This document shows positions 1 to 10,002 of a DNA stretch of 64,000 nt, piece after piece. Positions within the stretch are counted from its first letter, which is position 1, and each line of letters starts with the position of its first letter. The position numbers and the translations under genes were made by a program. The stretch comes from Thermodesulfobacteriota bacterium (GTDB lineage: Bacteria; Desulfobacterota_D; UBA1144; Nemesobacterales; UBA2774), in contig OZ244991.1 in the NCBI GenBank assembly GCA_965223335.1, forward strand, positions 2,400,001 through 2,464,000, in the 5' to 3' direction. The notes under the pieces are model-generated. The model ran no database searches and was not told where the DNA came from. It saw only the letters and a program-made list of their open reading frames with translations.

Positions 1-191
1 GCTTGAGAGGCGTTAAGAATGGATTTCGGGGATGTGGCGGGATAAATCTATTTAGCATCGAGAGTTTATTTTTAGCCATTTCCGTACCGTCGGTGATTTT
101 TGCGCACTTTTCATCAAGGAAAAGTGCGAAGTAGATAGGTAATTAGTATCGGTCAGGTAAGTTGGAAACCCTAGAGCAATTGAACTCCCGG
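1..191 (+). repeat. Repeat A copy (structured long-hairpin element), 5' part cut by window edge, with 3' tail
   Basis: Contains ttcgggg apex, gtcggtgatttttg and cacttttcatcaaggaaaagtg terminal hairpin; the tail aagta.ataggtaat..g.atcgg...ggaaaccctagag...aactcccgg is shared with the copy at 31562-31804. Confidence 0.85.
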
Positions 192-260
192 CACTCCCAT
201 AATACGGAGTCCGTGACCCCTGCCTGGGTCTCTAGACCCTATGAATGGGGCGTCCAGGCT

Positions 261-583
261 CCCACTTCCCCATTTTGTCCCTGCCTGCCGCTCGCGATCA
301 AACTGCTCACTTGCGGTCCCCACTTCCCCATCTTGTCCCTGCCTGCCGCTCGCGATCAAACTGCTCACTTGCGGTCCCCACTTCCCCATCTTGTCCCTGC
401 CTGCCGCTCGCGATCAAACTGCTCACTTGCGGTCCCCACTTCCCCATCTTGTCCCTGCCTGCCGCTCGCGATCAAACTGCTCACTTGCGGTCCCCACTTC
501 CCCATCTTGTCCCTGCCTGCCGCTCGCGATCAAACTGCTCACTTGCGGTCCCCACTTCCCCATCTTGTCCCTGCCTGCCGCTC
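261..583 (+). repeat. Tandem array of ~5.5 x 58-bp repeat-B units
   Basis: Unit cccacttccccatcttgtccctgcctgccgctcgcgatcaaactgctcacttgcggtc recurs with period 58; no spacers. Confidence 0.95.
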
Positions 584-690
584 ATACACAACATTCGCTA
601 ACGGTCCCCATGGGCACTAAAGCCCCGGTACCCCCTTATGAATGGGGCGTCCATTCCTCCGCTTCCCTATTTTATCCCTACCTACGGTCG

Positions 691-1728
691 TTACACACCA
701 ACTCCCTCTCGGCCCCCATTCCTCCGGCGCAGCATATACACTGCAATGAGCCCCATAAACACGGTCATAAATATAAGCCCCCACTCAGACGCTGTGGGAA
801 TAGAAGTCGGGTCATCATTAACCAGGTTAAGTATCACGTCGTCCATCACATACTCTGTGGTTCTGCTGCGTGTCCACCCTACGGTGCCCGACGGCAGGCC
901 CTCTGACTGGTAATGCCCCCAGTTTATAAACGATATATCCATCTGCTCGCGGGTAGCCACAAACTCCACTACATATGTGTGCGACTGGTCGAAACCAAAA
1001 ACAGAGTTTCCAGGCGAAGCCCCACCCGCGGGTGTGGTCAGGTAAAGCAGCTCATAGTCCTCTATCTGCAAACCGAATATGCCGTCTTCATTAGTAAAAG
1101 TGTCCGCAAACACCCCGCTTGCATACTCCGACGATACCCAAAAGCTAAGTCTGTACCTCTCACCGGGGATCAACCCCGCCACTGTTTGTGTCACGGTAAG
1201 CCCTGTCCCATAACCCGGTCGTGGGATTATTTTAGGAGGGCTAGTGAATACGACCTCGCCGTTTGGCGCAAACGTAGGTGTTTCCGATATACTCTGTACA
1301 AACTGGTTCCCTAAATATATTGCCCTGTCTCCGTGTATGTTCGGGTCCGAGTAACCAATGCCCGTTTCAGGTATAGCAATGGTGCCAAAATCTTTCGCTT
1401 CAAAATTATTGCCCCATTGACCATATGTATTGGGGCCGCCCCCGCTAGTGACCCAACCGTCCGGCACAGCAAAGGGAGTCAGTGTGGTGCCTGTGGAAAA
1501 ATAGTAGTACCCATCGCCGTCTACACCATCAAATACAAAGAACCCCAACGAGCCCCCTGTCAGGTGCGGCTCCTCAAAGCTCCCGTTGACTATGAGGTTT
1601 GCATTACGGTTAAGCGGCGGGTGGTTTTCCAATATCACAGGCTTCTGTGCTTTGGCTAAAAATGCAAAGAACAACATTGTAGCTAAAAATATAGGCGCGT
1701 ATATTAAAGTTCTGATTATAGCCTTCAT
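691..1728 (-). CDS. Secreted IPTL-CTERM sorting-domain protein (DUF642/CBM-like NGSFE domain)
   Basis: Signal peptide, NGSFEEP motif, C-terminal IPTASEWGLIFM + TM helix + basic tail typical of IPTL-CTERM. Confidence 0.8.
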   Translation of the reverse strand: MKAIIRTLIYAPIFLATMLFFAFLAKAQKPVILENHPPLNRNANLIVNGSFEEPHLTGGSLGFFVFDGVDGDGYYYFSTGTTLTPFAVPDGWVTSGGGPNTYGQWGNNFEAKDFGTIAIPETGIGYSDPNIHGDRAIYLGNQFVQSISETPTFAPNGEVVFTSPPKIIPRPGYGTGLTVTQTVAGLIPGERYRLSFWVSSEYASGVFADTFTNEDGIFGLQIEDYELLYLTTPAGGASPGNSVFGFDQSHTYVVEFVATREQMDISFINWGHYQSEGLPSGTVGWTRSRTTEYVMDDVILNLVNDDPTSIPTASEWGLIFMTVFMGLIAVYMLRRRNGGREGVGV

Positions 1729-1785
1729 ATGTGTATCAGATCCTTTTTTAGTAGATGGTTACAACCATAACACAAAATGCTATAC

Positions 1786-2814
1786 CTATGCCGGCCTCCG
1801 AGTACGGTTACGAAGCATATAGACTGCAATCAGCCCCATAAACACGCTCATAAATATAAGCCCCCACTCCGAGGCCGTAGGTATTGCGGCAGTGTTGTCC
1901 TCCACCAGGTTTAGTATCACATCATCCATCACATACTCAGTAGTTAAACCACGTGTCCAACCGGCTGTGGTGCTGGGTGCATAATGCCCCCAGTTTATAA
2001 ACGATATTTCCATCTCCTCCTGCGTAGCTACAAACTCCACTACGTATGTATGCGACTCGTCTAAGCCAAACACTGTTGTTACTCCCGGCGGCGCTGATGC
2101 CCCGGCTGGTGTAGTCAGATAGAGCAGTTCATAACCCTCGATCTGGAGACCGAATATGCCGTCCTCACGAAAAAAATCAAACTCTACAAATACGCCGCTT
2201 GCCCACTCGGATGAGGTCCAGAAGCTAAGCCTGTACCTCTCTCCCGGAATCAGACCAGTCACATTCTGGGTCAACGTAAGCCCCGTCCCGTACCCCGGCC
2301 TCAAGATTATTGTGGGATGGTTTGTAAATATCACCTCGCCGTTCGGTGCAAACGTAGGAGTCTCCGAAATGCTAAGCACATGAAAATTCCCAAAATAAAG
2401 TGCTCGGTCCCCGTGCTTGTCGGGGTCGGAATACGCAATCCCTGTCTCTGGTGCTGTAAATGTAGGTGTCAGCACTTTTTCCTCAAAATTATTGCCCCAA
2501 ATCGCATAAGTCTGTGTACCCCCGCCCGAGCTCGTCCATCCGTCGGGCAGCGCAAACGGAGTGTTGACTGTACCGGTTGAAAAATAGTAATATCCGTCAC
2601 CGTCAGTTCCATCAAACGTAGCAAATCCCAGTGCACCCCCTGTAAGGCGGGGCTCTTCAAAGCTCCCGTTAAAAATAAGGTTTTTACTGCGGTCAAGCGG
2701 AGGGTGATTCTCCAATATCACAGGCTTCTGTGCTTTGGCGATATATGTACCTAAAGCGATCATCAGTATTAATGCAGATGTATAAAACAGAGCTCTTAAC
2801 ATATCGCGTACCAA
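1786..2814 (-). CDS. Secreted IPTL-CTERM sorting-domain protein, paralog of 691-1728
   Basis: Colinear high similarity to neighbour (AQKPVILENHPPL, GLIPGERYRLSFW, IPTASEWGLIFM). Confidence 0.8.
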   Translation of the reverse strand: MVRDMLRALFYTSALILMIALGTYIAKAQKPVILENHPPLDRSKNLIFNGSFEEPRLTGGALGFATFDGTDGDGYYYFSTGTVNTPFALPDGWTSSGGGTQTYAIWGNNFEEKVLTPTFTAPETGIAYSDPDKHGDRALYFGNFHVLSISETPTFAPNGEVIFTNHPTIILRPGYGTGLTLTQNVTGLIPGERYRLSFWTSSEWASGVFVEFDFFREDGIFGLQIEGYELLYLTTPAGASAPPGVTTVFGLDESHTYVVEFVATQEEMEISFINWGHYAPSTTAGWTRGLTTEYVMDDVILNLVEDNTAAIPTASEWGLIFMSVFMGLIAVYMLRNRTRRPA

Positions 2815-3262
2815 CCTCCGTATGAAGACTAGGTTTAGTGTTGCCTTAAGGCATTTCCTTGTTCATTTGTGTGTGTGAAATCATCATTTACGATCCCAAA
2901 TATCATATTTGCTTCTCTACAGTACGTCAATTTTACTAATACAAATATATAATGAAAAAGAAAACCATTATCCGAAGTGTTTAAATCACCCTTCCTGCTT
3001 CCACGCAGGTAATACTTTGCTCTGCTCATCTCGGTCAAAAAAAGACCCCGATATAAACCCCCTAGCAGCTTATGTGCTTAAAAAAACCGATGCCCAATCT
3101 CTCAAAAAACAGTTGCATCCAAAAAACAGATCCTGCATACTATTCTGCACTATTGGTGCATTGTCATAAATCTATTTATGCCCCGTCACACACACCATGC
3201 ACAATTTTTCCTGTAACAGCTGGTTTATATAATCAAACTTAAGACGAAAAGGAGGCTTTACT

Positions 3263-3493
3263 ATGAAGAGACTGACTTTAATCGCATTTGCATTGTCGAT
3301 GTTCGTATCAGTACCCGTATGGGCCGAGAACAAGAGCACTAAACCCGAAGGCATACGGTGCAACGTCGCAGACAAAAAAGTATGCGTGATTGCCAAGACC
3401 GAAGGCGACTGCAAAAAAATAGAGGGCGAAGTTGTAGAGGCTTGTCCCGAGCCCGAAGCCCAGAAGGACAAAACCAAGACTTGGGGTAAGTGA
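3263..3493 (+). CDS. Small secreted Cys-containing hypothetical protein
   Basis: aggagg RBS, signal peptide ending VWA, four Cys. Confidence 0.6.
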   Translation: MKRLTLIAFALSMFVSVPVWAENKSTKPEGIRCNVADKKVCVIAKTEGDCKKIEGEVVEACPEPEAQKDKTKTWGK

Positions 3494-3839
3494 TAGGTAT
3501 TACCCACCTTCCCTATCTGGCCTAAAAGCACTTAAGATATGCCGCGGTAAAACCTATGCCCGAGGCCAACACAATGTCTAACATACCAATGCAGGCAACC
3601 GTAAGATTTCTATGGTTTTTCATTCTTGCTCTTGCCCCACCCCCAACCGACAACGATCTTAGGATCAATCAGAGTAGGACCAGTTCCAAAACCTTTACCA
3701 TTTCGCTGCCCCACCCACTGCCGACACCTTCGTCCCGCTCAATTTCACGATTTTCCGCTACTACTTTCCCAACACCCCTTTAGCAACATATGTTTTTAAA
3801 CCATGGTAAGCTAAGATATAGTATTAATAAGGTGTTCAC

Positions 3840-4487
3840 ATGTATATTCGTCCATTCATTATAGCCCTTGCTGTGTTTGTTGCACTTGCATTCGTCATGC
3901 AGTCAATACCAAATACCCCGACTGCCAAAGCATACGACAGCACCTATCATTTAAAGGATATTGTTACAGAAGGGCTTGCAGAAACCACTTGGGGTTCCAC
4001 AGACATAGCATCTATCGAGACGCTTGAATCCGACCCCAAAGGCGGCAAAGCTGTGTTTAAATACAGCTCGCAAACCGAACTTTCCTGCGAAATCCTATAC
4101 AAGTGGGAATTCTCCAAGGATATAAGCGACTTAGACTTCCACGACCTAATCCGCGTGGACCTTACCTATGAACTCACCAACGGCGAGTCCGACTGCCTCA
4201 AGGCCCCGCTCGAGTTCTATGCCAGCTTTGGCTACTTCAAACGCAACGACAAAAAGGGTTCCTACGACGATATTATTGTAGGAAACATCCCCGAAAACGC
4301 GCTGTATGATTACAAATCCAAGTGGTTCGGCTTTATTAAACTCTCAGAAGATTCCCCTAACCGTACTAAGGAATTTATGACCCGTATGCCCCGCTTCAAA
4401 CCCGACCAATACTTCACAGTCTTGTTCTCAATCGGCCTCAACTCCGACCTCTTCCCCTCCACCGCTTACATCTTTAAGGTGAATTAA
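3840..4487 (+). CDS. Exported hypothetical protein
   Basis: 215-aa ORF with N-terminal hydrophobic signal. Confidence 0.6.
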   Translation: MYIRPFIIALAVFVALAFVMQSIPNTPTAKAYDSTYHLKDIVTEGLAETTWGSTDIASIETLESDPKGGKAVFKYSSQTELSCEILYKWEFSKDISDLDFHDLIRVDLTYELTNGESDCLKAPLEFYASFGYFKRNDKKGSYDDIIVGNIPENALYDYKSKWFGFIKLSEDSPNRTKEFMTRMPRFKPDQYFTVLFSIGLNSDLFPSTAYIFKVN

Positions 4488-4588
4488 TCTATCATATTTT
4501 AGTGACCCAAATTGTCTAAGATAAACTTGTACAACCATCTTCGAGAATTATGTAACAGCCTATAAATACTTGATAATACCACATTTTA

Positions 4589-4648
4589 GGAATAATATAT
4601 GGAATAATATATCCGCATATTGACAAAATCTTTCTGCTCTCATATAAT
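4589..4648 (+). promoter_or_regulatory. Consensus sigma70 promoter with upstream tandem 12-bp direct repeat
   Basis: TTGACA (4620-4625), 17 bp, TATAAT (4643-4648); ggaataatatat x2 at 4589-4612. Confidence 0.7.
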
Positions 4649-4678
4649 ATTAAAACTAAAAGAGTAGGAGGTTTAAAA

Positions 4679-5341
4679 TTGAATCGACGTAATGAAGCTA
4701 TGATTAGCCAGGATAAAGCTTTGAGTATATTACAGCCTTATTTCAAAGACATTATTAATATGCACATTAATGCATTCAATACATTTATGAAATCTTCCGA
4801 TAACTTACAACTATTTAGTAATAGCACTCAGGCTTCGATGATTCATGATTTGATCGTTAATGAAGCCAAGCAAAAGTTTTCTGGTTCGCAAAATGTAAAA
4901 CTGTTAACATATCAGCGTCTAGATTTAGCAATCTTTGATAAATGTCTCAGAGCTAGATTTAAAAAACTAAATAAAGACCTAACAGCATCCAATCACCCCA
5001 CTAACCAAGTTAAGCATTTTAATTCTCAAGAGTCATTGATATGCGGACAATTATATCTACCAGGTATTGTTCAAGATGAGTTCTCTGTTAATGATAATTT
5101 TGCTAACATCAATATTGGGTATAGACCGAATGAAATTGGAACTTATGTTCAGGGAATATACATCACGTGTCCAATGAACAACAATACTAATCGATGGGAA
5201 CATCAAATTTACGCTCATAATGTCACAGATATTTTCACGGAGATCATAGGGACTGAATATGACCCTTCAGAAGAAAAAACATACAAAATTAGAATCAAAA
5301 ATAACTCAAAAGAGGGTAAAACTGATGAACAACAAGGTTAA
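4679..5341 (+). CDS. Hypothetical protein, partner (putative toxin/effector) of XRE-ImmA protein
   Basis: Low-GC ORF, aggagg RBS, RFKKL...SNHPTNQ motif, overlaps start of next gene. Confidence 0.7.
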   Translation: MNRRNEAMISQDKALSILQPYFKDIINMHINAFNTFMKSSDNLQLFSNSTQASMIHDLIVNEAKQKFSGSQNVKLLTYQRLDLAIFDKCLRARFKKLNKDLTASNHPTNQVKHFNSQESLICGQLYLPGIVQDEFSVNDNFANINIGYRPNEIGTYVQGIYITCPMNNNTNRWEHQIYAHNVTDIFTEIIGTEYDPSEEKTYKIRIKNNSKEGKTDEQQG

Positions 5342-6386
5342 TCCTAAGATGTTTATATTGGCTCGTGAGTCAAGGGGATATAACCAGTCGCAACTAGCTG
5401 AAGAATTAGGAGTTAGTCAAGGGACAGTTTCTAAGATTGAGAATAGTTCTCAAGGAGCACAGCCATTTATAGACAAAATATCAGAAATCTTACATTATCC
5501 ACAAGATTTTTTCTTTGAAAATAATGAGTTGTACCCTCCTGGCATAAATTTTTATCGCAAATATGAAACTCTACAAAAAAAAGAACTAGATCAAATTGCA
5601 GCTCAGGTTGATATACAACGTATTCATATTCAGAAATTATTACATTCAACAGAAATTTGTTCAGATTTTATTCTCAATAATTTAGAACACGATACCCCTG
5701 AAGATGCTGCTGGTTATATGAGAGAATATTGGAGGATATCTAACGGCCCAATAGACAATCTCACATCTTTATTGGAAGGTACTGGTATATTGGTAGTAGC
5801 AAGAGATTTTAACACTAATAAATTTTCTGCAGTTACTAAATACACCGAAGAATCACAATATATTATCGTTATAAATGATAATATGCCATTTGATAGATAT
5901 AGATTTACTCTTGCTCATGAGTTAGGACATATTATCTTACATAGGATTTCTAAACCAGAAGCTGAGGATGAAGCCAATGCTTTTGCATCAGAACTCCTTA
6001 TGCCTGAAAATGATATAAAGCAATATCTATTCAACTTGAATTTAAAGAAATTGGCCACACTCAAATTACATTGGAAAGTATCTATGGGATCATTAATAGA
6101 ACGCGCTTACACGCTAAAAACGATCACACAAAGACAGAGACGTTATCTATGGACACAGATGGCAACACATGGCTATAAAAGACGTGAACCACCTGAGTTA
6201 GACGTTCCAAAAGAAAGACCTAATATCATTAACGAGCTCATTGAATTACATACAAATGATTTGGGATACAGCCAGAATGAGCTTTGCAAACTTTTAAATT
6301 TATACATGGATGAGTTCTTAGAGTTGTATAACACTCATTCTACTAGCAACGCCGACCATCGTAAGCCAAATCTGCGAATAGTCTAA
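5325..6386 (+). CDS. XRE-family HTH fused to ImmA/IrrE (peptidase M78) metallo-endopeptidase
   Basis: N-terminal HTH (ARESRGYNQSQLAEELGVSQGTVSKIEN); RFTLAHELGH and EDEANAFASELLMP motifs. Confidence 0.9.
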   Translation: MNNKVNPKMFILARESRGYNQSQLAEELGVSQGTVSKIENSSQGAQPFIDKISEILHYPQDFFFENNELYPPGINFYRKYETLQKKELDQIAAQVDIQRIHIQKLLHSTEICSDFILNNLEHDTPEDAAGYMREYWRISNGPIDNLTSLLEGTGILVVARDFNTNKFSAVTKYTEESQYIIVINDNMPFDRYRFTLAHELGHIILHRISKPEAEDEANAFASELLMPENDIKQYLFNLNLKKLATLKLHWKVSMGSLIERAYTLKTITQRQRRYLWTQMATHGYKRREPPELDVPKERPNIINELIELHTNDLGYSQNELCKLLNLYMDEFLELYNTHSTSNADHRKPNLRIV

Positions 6387-6512
6387 GACCTATTTGCTAC
6401 AATATCATTAATATACAGTCGGTTGCACCACATACATAAAGCAACATGTAACAAGATGTTCTGATTAACTTGGACACTTCAGCGCGGTGCGTTCGGGACG
6501 CAGAGGCCTCAG

Positions 6513-6950
6513 TTAAACCTCAGCCTCCCTTATCATCCTCACATCTGTCTCCGATATCCCATAGAACAGCGCCAGGCGGTCGGGCGACTCGCTGCTGTAC
6601 TTTATCGAGTATATATCCTCTTTCTCAAGGCTATAGCGGAAAGCCAGCTTTGTAACACGGCTCCTTACAATCTTTTTAGGCTGGTTCGGGATGTTGTCGG
6701 CCAGATACTGGTCATTTTGCCTCCGCACCTCTATCTCTCTGAGCATCTTGTTTAGTTTTTTATAGTTTGTACGGTCGTCCACCGTCCTTATGCTCCACAA
6801 CGTACCCCTATGGGCACTTACCGAGAACGACACCGCAAACACACAGCCCGTAGTGGTTTTATTGCGGCATTCCATATCGTGTGTACCGTCCGAATATATC
6901 AAGTCACCCCCGCACATGGGGCATTCTAGATAATTGAAGCAGCTTCCCAT
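6513..6950 (-). CDS. Phage-like hypothetical protein with N-terminal Zn-ribbon
   Basis: CPMCGG...C...C motif; gaggag RBS before ATG 6950. Confidence 0.55.
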   Translation of the reverse strand: MGSCFNYLECPMCGGDLIYSDGTHDMECRNKTTTGCVFAVSFSVSAHRGTLWSIRTVDDRTNYKKLNKMLREIEVRRQNDQYLADNIPNQPKKIVRSRVTKLAFRYSLEKEDIYSIKYSSESPDRLALFYGISETDVRMIREAEV

Positions 6951-7043
6951 TTTAGTATCTCCTCTCGCACATTGAGTGTGGCACACAGAGTGTGCTTTCA
7001 TGTCTTTAGTCTTTTGCTTTTAGTCTTTAGTCTTTCCCCCCAT

Positions 7044-7221
7044 GGTGTCGAAGACACCAGTTCCGACATTACGGCAATGGCGTATAGAAAATAAGCTTGA
7101 GAGGCGTTAAAAATGTATTTCGGGGCTGTGGGTTGGATAAATACATTTAGCCTAGATAGATTATTTTTAGCCATTTCCGTACAGTCGGTGATTTTTGTTA
7201 CTTTTCATCAAGGAAAAGTAG
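7044..7221 (+). repeat. Repeat A, complete copy
   Basis: 5' hairpin ggtgtc-gaa-gacacc; ccgac...gtcgg long stem (tacgg/ccgta, aatggc/gccatt, aaatgtattt/aaatacattt); terminal tacttttcatcaaggaaaagta hairpin. Confidence 0.9.
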
Positions 7222-7319
7222 CACAGTGCCTGTGCACGCATATCATTTCTGCACAACGACTTTGACCTTACAATCTGTCTCATAACTCTTGCTACTCCCT
7301 TAGAAACGGGGTCTCCAAA

Positions 7320-7590
7320 CCCCCCGGTCTCTTTATTTTGTCCCTCCCTGTCGCTAGCTCCCGGTCTCTTTATTTTGTTCCTGCCTCCAGTCGCCTCACT
7401 ACGGCTCCTTATCGGTCCCCATTGGCACTCACGTATCGTCATGCCCTTTGTGAACGGGGCCTCCAGGCCCCCGGTCTCTTTATTTTGTCCCTGCCTGCCG
7501 CTCATACACTACATTCGCTGGCGGTCCCCATTGGCACTAAAGTCCCGGCACTATGTTTTGCCCGGGTCGCGAGACCCCGGGACCCAGGGC
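7320..7590 (+). repeat. Cluster of repeat-B modules
   Basis: ccggtctctttattttgtccc, ctgcctgccgctcatacactacattcgctggcggtccccat, ggcactaaagtcccgg motifs. Confidence 0.8.
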
Positions 7591-7838
7591 GACTGTATCT
7601 CCTCTGCCCCTCCCCTGGGTGCCTCGGCCTCGACCCGGGGCATCTCGACCCGCGGCACCCTGTAGCGCGGCCCATTCCGCTTGGGCAGGTGCAGGATAAT
7701 ATCCCTAGATAACCCCTTGTTCCTGCCGTGATATATCTCGTAGTCTCCGTCGTCATGTATAAGCCCCACAATCTTGTAGCCGATGGCCGTGCGCCTCGAA
7801 AAATACCTGTTCCTCTGTCGTCTCCGTCTCCTCGTCAT
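7551..7838 (-). CDS. Phage-like hypothetical protein
   Basis: ATGA overlap with upstream ORF stop; same strand as early operon. Confidence 0.4.
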   Translation of the reverse strand: MTRRRRRQRNRYFSRRTAIGYKIVGLIHDDGDYEIYHGRNKGLSRDIILHLPKRNGPRYRVPRVEMPRVEAEAPRGGAEEIQSPWVPGSRDPGKT

Positions 7839-8038
7839 CTCCAGAAATACGGGTCCTCACGCTTCCCTGCATAGAGCTCCGCGACCGAGGCAAAGATCTT
7901 TGGGCTCGAGACCGAATCCCGGCACCTCATATAGCCCATCACACACGATGCCCTCTTGCAGCTCCCACACACCACGACCGTCTTTTCCGCATTCATATAC
8001 TCATCGCTGTAATCTATCAACCTACTGTCGTCAGGCAT
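7835..8038 (-). CDS. Small phage-like Cys-motif hypothetical protein
   Basis: ggagg RBS, CGSC...C...C motif. Confidence 0.55.
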   Translation of the reverse strand: MPDDSRLIDYSDEYMNAEKTVVVCGSCKRASCVMGYMRCRDSVSSPKIFASVAELYAGKREDPYFWR

Positions 8039-8064
8039 GTCTACTTACCTCCTTCACTCTAGTT

Positions 8065-8427
8065 TTAGTATCTAAACCCGTCCTGCCTGTCCTTTTTCAA
8101 GGCCCCCAGGCTGCTTGCCTCTATCTTTTTAAGTTTCTTGCTTCGCCGTTTGGACTTTTTGTACAGCTTTTGATAGAACGACGGCGGCTCCATCTGCTCA
8201 AACACAGGCCTTCTGTCGGCCGTCATCCCCACCTTCTTGCGCTTGGGATATGCCCAGAGCTTAGGCGGCTCGTCTATCTCCTTTTCCCCGCCCAGGTATA
8301 TAAGCTTTGTAGGCTTCACCCAAAACCACCAGTTGTACTCGTCCTCGCGGTAAAACCCCATCACTCTGTAGATTTTTATCACCCCGTCTTCCGTACCGAT
8401 GGGGTAACATTGTCTGAATTCACACAT
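8065..8427 (-). CDS. Phage-like hypothetical protein
   Basis: Overlaps the end of the replication gene; 120 aa. Confidence 0.55.
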   Translation of the reverse strand: MCEFRQCYPIGTEDGVIKIYRVMGFYREDEYNWWFWVKPTKLIYLGGEKEIDEPPKLWAYPKRKKVGMTADRRPVFEQMEPPSFYQKLYKKSKRRSKKLKKIEASSLGALKKDRQDGFRY

Positions 8428-9256
8428 AGCTCTCCGGTGCGTACCTTATGTTCTTCTCACCCCGTTTTTTTGCCTTTAAGTACGCCTGTCTGTCCGTGTA
8501 CGTAGTCCCTCTGAATCCCTCGCGATCGCCGCTGTTATTTCGCGACCTATATAGACGACGGCCCGCATCGGCCCGCTCCTGCTCGCGCCCGAGCCATGAC
8601 GATATCGTACGCCTTAGCCCCCCGGCCGAGGTCCTGCGCTGACGGATCTTAACAGGGTTGCATATACACCACTCCCTTATGCGCCTTAGCTCCGCGGCCA
8701 CCTCCACATCCGGGTACGCCTTCTGCCACTCGTCTATTAACCCCTTTTCGATCCCCGTAAACTCTTTTCGCCTCAGGTCAAACCCCACCTTGCCTTCCGC
8801 CTCGTCACCCGTAGTCCCGAGATTATCCCCTTCTTTATATATATTCTTTATAGTTTTTATATTCTTTATAGTTTCCTGCTTACCGGTAGTACTGTCGGGT
8901 GGTTTACAGCCAACCTGTCCGCTCGCTTGCCCCTCACCAGTTATGCGAGCAATGATGTTTTCCCTATCCAGTGTATAGTGGCTTGTGGCCGGGATCCCCC
9001 TGCGCTCAATCTCGACCAGGTTAAGGTCCCTAAGCTTTTTCTTTGCCGACCTCAGCTCATAGGGCCCAAGCCTCATACGCTCGCATATAGCCTCGTCACT
9101 CTTCACCACTGCACCGCCTTTTTTGTATGTATCCCAAAACACCAACTGCGAGAGCAATAGCCCCGCCGTTATGCTGCCCGTAAGCCTCGAGAACGTCGGA
9201 TAATAGGCCACCGGCTTTTTCCCCGCACGCTCCAAGGCCCTTTTAATCTCACTCAT
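8420..9256 (-). CDS. Phage replication initiator (O/DnaD-like, N-terminal wHTH)
   Basis: PVAYYPTFSRLTGSITAGLLLSQLVFW N-terminal HTH, low-complexity linker, C-terminal W..AYP.V.V..EL.....W...NP motif typical of phage replication proteins. Confidence 0.75.
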   Translation of the reverse strand: MSEIKRALERAGKKPVAYYPTFSRLTGSITAGLLLSQLVFWDTYKKGGAVVKSDEAICERMRLGPYELRSAKKKLRDLNLVEIERRGIPATSHYTLDRENIIARITGEGQASGQVGCKPPDSTTGKQETIKNIKTIKNIYKEGDNLGTTGDEAEGKVGFDLRRKEFTGIEKGLIDEWQKAYPDVEVAAELRRIREWCICNPVKIRQRRTSAGGLRRTISSWLGREQERADAGRRLYRSRNNSGDREGFRGTTYTDRQAYLKAKKRGEKNIRYAPESYV

Positions 9257-9396
9257 TCATCCCTCCAATCGCACACCGTGCACAACACACTAAATGTGGC
9301 ACACTCGGTGTGCATTCATGTCTTTTGCATTTTGCATTACCCTAATGGGATCTCATGACACCATTTGTTTATCTTTTTCATAGCTTTAGTTCCTAA

Positions 9397-9494
9397 TAGT
9401 GTCGCAGACACTAAATCCGACATCAGAGATATAGCGTTAAGAAAACAGGGTAGCGCGGAGTTAAAATTGATTTTCGGGGCTGCGGTTGAATCAA
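9397..9494 (+). repeat. Repeat A, 5' half fused to repeat-B cluster
   Basis: tagtgtc-gca-gacacta hairpin, ccgac left arm up to ttcgggg apex, then switches to B modules. Confidence 0.8.
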
Positions 9495-9720
9495 CCTCCC
9501 ACTAACCCATCTTATCCCTCCCTGCCGCTCATACACTACATTCACTTGCGGTCCCCATGGGCTCTAAAGTCCCGATACTATCTTTTGCCTGGGTCGCTAG
9601 ACCCCGGTCCCCATATTTTGTCCCTGCCTGCCGCTCATACACTACATTCGCTGGCGGTCCCCATGGGCTCTAAAGTCCCGATACTATCTTTTGCCTGGGT
9701 CGCTAGACCCCGGTCCCCAT
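9495..9720 (+). repeat. Repeat-B cluster (two near-identical ~110-bp units)
   Basis: ctgccgctcatacactacattc...gcggtccccatgggctctaaagtcccgatactatcttttgcctgggtcgctagaccccggtccccat twice. Confidence 0.85.
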
Positions 9721-9938
9721 CAATGCGCTTCCTCTACCCTCTCCTGGCGCCCTCGTTTCTTTTGCTTTTTGCGCGCCTCGCGCTTAAGCCCGCTTTCTAT
9801 GGTCGCCACAATGCTCTCCACCTTCTTTTTCTCGCGCCTAAGCTCCTTTATCTTTTCGTCCAGCACCTCAGCCATTACCACCGCTTCCACATACAGCTCT
9901 CTTAGCTCTTTTCCATTCATATCTCCCTCCATAGACAC
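9720..9938 (-). CDS. Small coiled-coil phage-like hypothetical protein
   Basis: 72-aa ORF, ggagg RBS near start. Confidence 0.5.
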   Translation of the reverse strand: MSMEGDMNGKELRELYVEAVVMAEVLDEKIKELRREKKKVESIVATIESGLKREARKKQKKRGRQERVEEAH

Positions 9939-10002
9939 ACTCGGTGCGGCACGTTAAGTGTGCTCTCATATATTTTTGTATCTTTTGCTTTTAATCCTTT
10001 CC

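Noticed and set aside
261..583. CRISPR array
   Set aside because: 58-bp units are contiguous and essentially identical with no unique spacers; no cas genes
162..906. ORFs 162-620, 241-906, 245-601 as proteins
   Set aside because: They are translations of the tandem repeat in all three frames; similar spurious ORFs arise from repeats at 7167-7712, 9486-9957, 11659-12280 and 13000-13741
7044..7221. Repeat A as a classical IS/MITE
   Set aside because: No transposase ORF, no true terminal inverted repeats or target-site duplications evident; arms covary rather than being conserved in sequence
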